Below are positions 26,654 through 29,530 of a DNA stretch of 29,530 bases, piece after piece. A program made the position numbers and the translations under genes. Numbering within the stretch: the first letter of the stretch is position 1; the number at the start of each line of letters is the position of its first letter. The notes under the pieces were generated by a model, which saw nothing but the letters and a program-made list of their open reading frames with translations, was not told where the DNA came from and searched no databases. Location: contig JAZGAD010000060.1 of the NCBI GenBank assembly GCA_036444275.1, positions 1 through 29,530 on the forward strand, in the 5' to 3' direction. The DNA comes from Candidatus Hydrothermarchaeales archaeon (lineage in GTDB: Archaea; Hydrothermarchaeota; Hydrothermarchaeia; Hydrothermarchaeales; JAZGAD01).

Positions 26654-26736
26654 CGCACAATAGCGGGTATATGACTTTACTACGTTCACCCAAATTGTGC
26701 CTTCATCACTTCAGAAAACACGCAAAACGTTATAAG
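26654..26736 (+). repeat. Decayed attC-like / imperfect palindromic element
   Basis: cgcacaatagcgg...cccaaat...acttc...cgcaaaacGTTATAAG. About 83 bp with weak end-to-end dyad symmetry and a GTT core just before an ORF. Confidence 0.35.
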
Positions 26737-26762
26737 AAACCCGCCGATGGGATGATAAATTG

Positions 26763-27302
26763 ATGGAAATAGATTTTGAGTCCACCCGGCAAAAGTATAG
26801 ACCGGAGAGAATCAAATTCCTTCTTATTGCAGAAGCACCACCCAAGGTTGAATCCAAGCGGTTTTTCTACTTTGAAGATGTCCAAAGGGGCGATAGTTTG
26901 TTCTGGGAGACCATGAAAGTATTATATCCCGACGATTGTTCGAATATAAAAACCGTTCGCCAGCGAAAGCGCGAATTCTTGGAGAGATTTCAAAAAGACG
27001 GATTCTACTTGATAGATGCCACAGATGCACCAATAGAAGATACTCGCCCAGGAAAAAAGGAGAAGCAAATTAAAAAATCCCTTCCGTCCCTCATAGAAAA
27101 AGTTAGAAGTCTTGCCTCGGAAGATACAAATATCATTCTTATTTCATCGACAGTCTATAATGTTGTTGCTACTAGCTTGAAATCAAAAGGCTTCAACGTT
27201 ATAAACGAAGATATGATACCTTTCCCGGGGTCGGGTGGACAGGCAAAGTTTAGAAAAAAAATGTCTGCATTACTCAAAAAGTATGGGCGCCGAAACAAAT
27301 AA
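26763..27302 (+). CDS. Uracil-DNA glycosylase-fold protein (atypical)
   Basis: YRPERIKFLLIAEAPP...FFYF, F...GFYLIDA...P, IPFPGSG. Resembles UDG-superfamily motifs A/B but lacks HPS. Confidence 0.6.
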   Translation: MEIDFESTRQKYRPERIKFLLIAEAPPKVESKRFFYFEDVQRGDSLFWETMKVLYPDDCSNIKTVRQRKREFLERFQKDGFYLIDATDAPIEDTRPGKKEKQIKKSLPSLIEKVRSLASEDTNIILISSTVYNVVATSLKSKGFNVINEDMIPFPGSGGQAKFRKKMSALLKKYGRRNK

Positions 27303-27348
27303 ATGTAAAACATATTAAATACAAAATTAGGGGAGGTGAAAAAGAACT

Positions 27349-29259
27349 ATGGACGAGAAAAAATTTTATCCCATAAAAAGGTACCTCGAATTTCAAAGCA
27401 AAGCAATTTCAGACTTAGAGAGTTTTTGGGAGAAAGAAGCAGAAGGAATTCCTTGGTTTAAACGCTGGGACAAAGTCCTCGTTTGGAAGGAGCCTTTTGC
27501 AAAGTGGTTTGTCGGTGGTATGCTCAATGCTTCCTATGCCTGTATAGATGCCCATTTGCAGTCCTGGCGTAAGAATAAAGTGGCAATATACTGGGAGGAT
27601 GAAAATGGGAATACAAAATCCTTTAGTTATACCCAACTCCATAGGGAAGTTAATAGGTTCGCGTCCGTCCTCAGAAATATTGGCGTGAAGAAAGGCGATA
27701 AAGTAGTTTTATATTTACCGATGATCCCAGAGCTTGTAATTTCAATGCTTGCAACTGGGAGGATAGGTGCCATCCATACGGTTGTATTCTCAGGATTTAG
27801 CAGCCAGGCATTGGCAGACAGAATAAACGATATTGACGCAAAGATTTTGATAACTGCAGACTTCGGCGTGAGAAGAGGAAAATTTATCCCGCTTAAAGAA
27901 ATCGTTGATGATGCGTTAAAGTCCACTCCAACCGTTAAAAAAGTGGTTTTGGTAAAAAGAACTGAAGAAGAAGTAGAAATAAAGGAAGGGCGAGATTTAC
28001 TTTATCATGAAGTGATGAAGGATGCCGAAAAATATGTGGAACCCGAACCTGTAGAATCTACTCATCCGTTGTATATACTTTACACGTCAGGTACCACTGG
28101 CCGGCCTAAAGGGATTGTCCACTCCACAGGGGGATATTTGGTTTACAACTATGCCACCTACAAGTGGGTTTTTGATATATCCGATGAATCCATTTATTGG
28201 TGTACTGCAGATGTAGGCTGGGTCACAGGGCACTCGTCAATAGTCTATGCACCATTACTCCATGGGGCAACCATTGTCATATATGAGGGGTCACCGGACT
28301 ACCCGCACATGGGCAGATGGTGGGAAATTATAGAAAAATATGGGGTTACAATCTTTTATACTTCCCCAACTGCGCTCAGGATGTTTATGCGTTACGGTGA
28401 GGATGAGATAAAGAAGCATGATTTAAGCAGCTTAAAGACCCTAGGAACCGTCGGTGAAGTTATCAATCCGAAGGTATGGGAATGGTATTACAAGCATATC
28501 GGGAATGAAAGGTGTCCAATAATTGATACTTGGTGGCAGACAGAAACTGGGGGAATAATGATATCTCCTGCTCCCGGCGTAGAGCTGGTTCCCCTTAAGC
28601 CGGGTTCTGCAACTTTGCCTTTACCCGGGATTGACGCAGAAGTAGTAGATGAGTCGGGCAATCCCGTGGCCGCTGGAACAAAAGGTTATTTGGTAATAAG
28701 AAAGCCTTGGCCCGGCATGTTGATGGAAGTTTACAAAGATCCGGCTAGATACAAGGAGGCATATTGGTCGAAGTTTAAAGGGGTGTATTATACGGGAGAT
28801 TATGCAATGAAGGATGAAGAGGGGTATTTTTGGTTGCTTGGAAGAGCTGATGAGATTTTAAAGGTGGCAGGGCACAGGATAGGCACAGCAGAGATAGAGA
28901 GCGCGGTTATTGCAACGCCCTTTGTCGCAGAAGCGGCGGTGGTTGGGGTGCCTGATCCAATAAAGGGAGAGTCCATTGCGCTCTTTGCGATACTAAAAGA
29001 AGGATATAAACCAGAAGATGAGCTCAAAAAGAAGATAATCGATAGCGTTCGCAAGCAGATAGGCCCCATAGCCACACTTCGAGAGATCCACTTTGTAGCG
29101 AAGCTTCCAAAGACGAGATCCGGTAAGATTATGAGGCGGATATTAAAAGCCATCATACAGGATGAGCCCATCGGAGATGTTACAACTTTAGAGGACGAAG
29201 CCTCAGTAGAAGAAATAAAAACGACCTACGAAGAATTCAAATCCCTGTTAAAGGGATAA
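27349..29259 (+). CDS. acs: Acetyl-CoA synthetase (AMP-forming acetate--CoA ligase)
   Basis: YTSGTTGRPKG, WCTADVGWVTGHS, DTWWQTETG, YYTGD, GHRIGTAEIES, PKTRSGKIMRR. RBS GGAGGTG. Confidence 0.96.
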   Translation: MDEKKFYPIKRYLEFQSKAISDLESFWEKEAEGIPWFKRWDKVLVWKEPFAKWFVGGMLNASYACIDAHLQSWRKNKVAIYWEDENGNTKSFSYTQLHREVNRFASVLRNIGVKKGDKVVLYLPMIPELVISMLATGRIGAIHTVVFSGFSSQALADRINDIDAKILITADFGVRRGKFIPLKEIVDDALKSTPTVKKVVLVKRTEEEVEIKEGRDLLYHEVMKDAEKYVEPEPVESTHPLYILYTSGTTGRPKGIVHSTGGYLVYNYATYKWVFDISDESIYWCTADVGWVTGHSSIVYAPLLHGATIVIYEGSPDYPHMGRWWEIIEKYGVTIFYTSPTALRMFMRYGEDEIKKHDLSSLKTLGTVGEVINPKVWEWYYKHIGNERCPIIDTWWQTETGGIMISPAPGVELVPLKPGSATLPLPGIDAEVVDESGNPVAAGTKGYLVIRKPWPGMLMEVYKDPARYKEAYWSKFKGVYYTGDYAMKDEEGYFWLLGRADEILKVAGHRIGTAEIESAVIATPFVAEAAVVGVPDPIKGESIALFAILKEGYKPEDELKKKIIDSVRKQIGPIATLREIHFVAKLPKTRSGKIMRRILKAIIQDEPIGDVTTLEDEASVEEIKTTYEEFKSLLKG

Positions 29260-29363
29260 GTTGGTATCTGAAAAACAACTTCGAAGCCGCCCACTTAAAC
29301 AACCGAGAAAAGAAATAGAAACTTGTTTATAATTTCTAACAGCTCCATAGTTAATGGCGAACC

Positions 29364-29530
29364 ATGAAAAACCAGTACTTCGGTGACACTAGGGATTTAT
29401 TCAAATACGACTTAGTTGAAACGATCATTCGAGAGATCAACTCGATTACTAGATTTGTATTTATACCGATGCTCACAAGAAATGACAATAGGGGAGATGG
29501 AAACAAGCTTGATTATAGTCGTGCCAAGGC
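29364..29530 (+). CDS. Hypothetical protein, 3'-truncated by the window edge
   Basis: Own translation MKNQYFGDTRDLFKYDLVETIIRE...PMLTRND.RGDG is open to the end of the window. TTTATAA lies upstream. Confidence 0.6.
   Translation, partial: MKNQYFGDTRDLFKYDLVETIIREINSITRFVFIPMLTRNDNRGDGNKLDYSRAK

Noticed and set aside
87-29171. Many antisense or alternative-frame ORFs in the ORF track (e.g. 208-717, 8887-9393, 12312-12812, 25811-26413, 28800-29171)
   Set aside because: They lie wholly or largely over well-supported genes and have the Ser/Leu/Pro-rich composition of shadow frames, with no motifs.
29334-29345. TTCTAAC-AGC resembling the start of a second attC site
   Set aside because: No matching dyad or GTT end at a suitable distance; the next ORF starts immediately.
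1-29530. CRISPR array, tRNA, rRNA, transposase or integrase
   Set aside because: No regularly spaced repeats, cloverleaf or recombinase motifs were seen. A covariance-model scan would be needed to exclude small ncRNAs.

Overview
The window is archaeal DNA, judged from EndoQ, an AK6-type kinase, a NOG1 GTPase, UPF0058, TrmB and TATA-box promoters about 25 nt upstream of start codons; the host is probably an anaerobic euryarchaeote-like lineage (inference). Bases 1-10.6 kb are mostly housekeeping genes: trpE-G-D-F, EndoQ, HtpX, an AK6 kinase, a short RNase HIII-type enzyme, an HTH-CBS regulator and NOG1. Bases 10.7-15.6 kb hold Fe-S, radical SAM, PLP and ABC genes of unclear role. The main feature is an ~11 kb block (15590-26572) bracketed by an imperfect ~25-bp direct repeat. 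It contains a TrmB regulator and two convergent operons that both have TAC(T/C)AC-type palindromes in their promoters. The + operon encodes a U32 Fe-S protein, a TIM-barrel epimerase, a BshC-like ligase, a GT2, BshB1 and a UbiU-like/UbiV-like pair. The - operon encodes UbiD, UbiA and a degenerate CPBP membrane protein. The block looks like an undescribed archaeal pathway that couples O2-independent quinone-type ring prenylation, decarboxylation and hydroxylation with a BshA-less amino-sugar/cysteine-ligation module. After it come a decayed attC-like element, a UDG-fold gene, acetyl-CoA synthetase and a partial ORF. All family calls are from motif recognition by eye; no searches were run.
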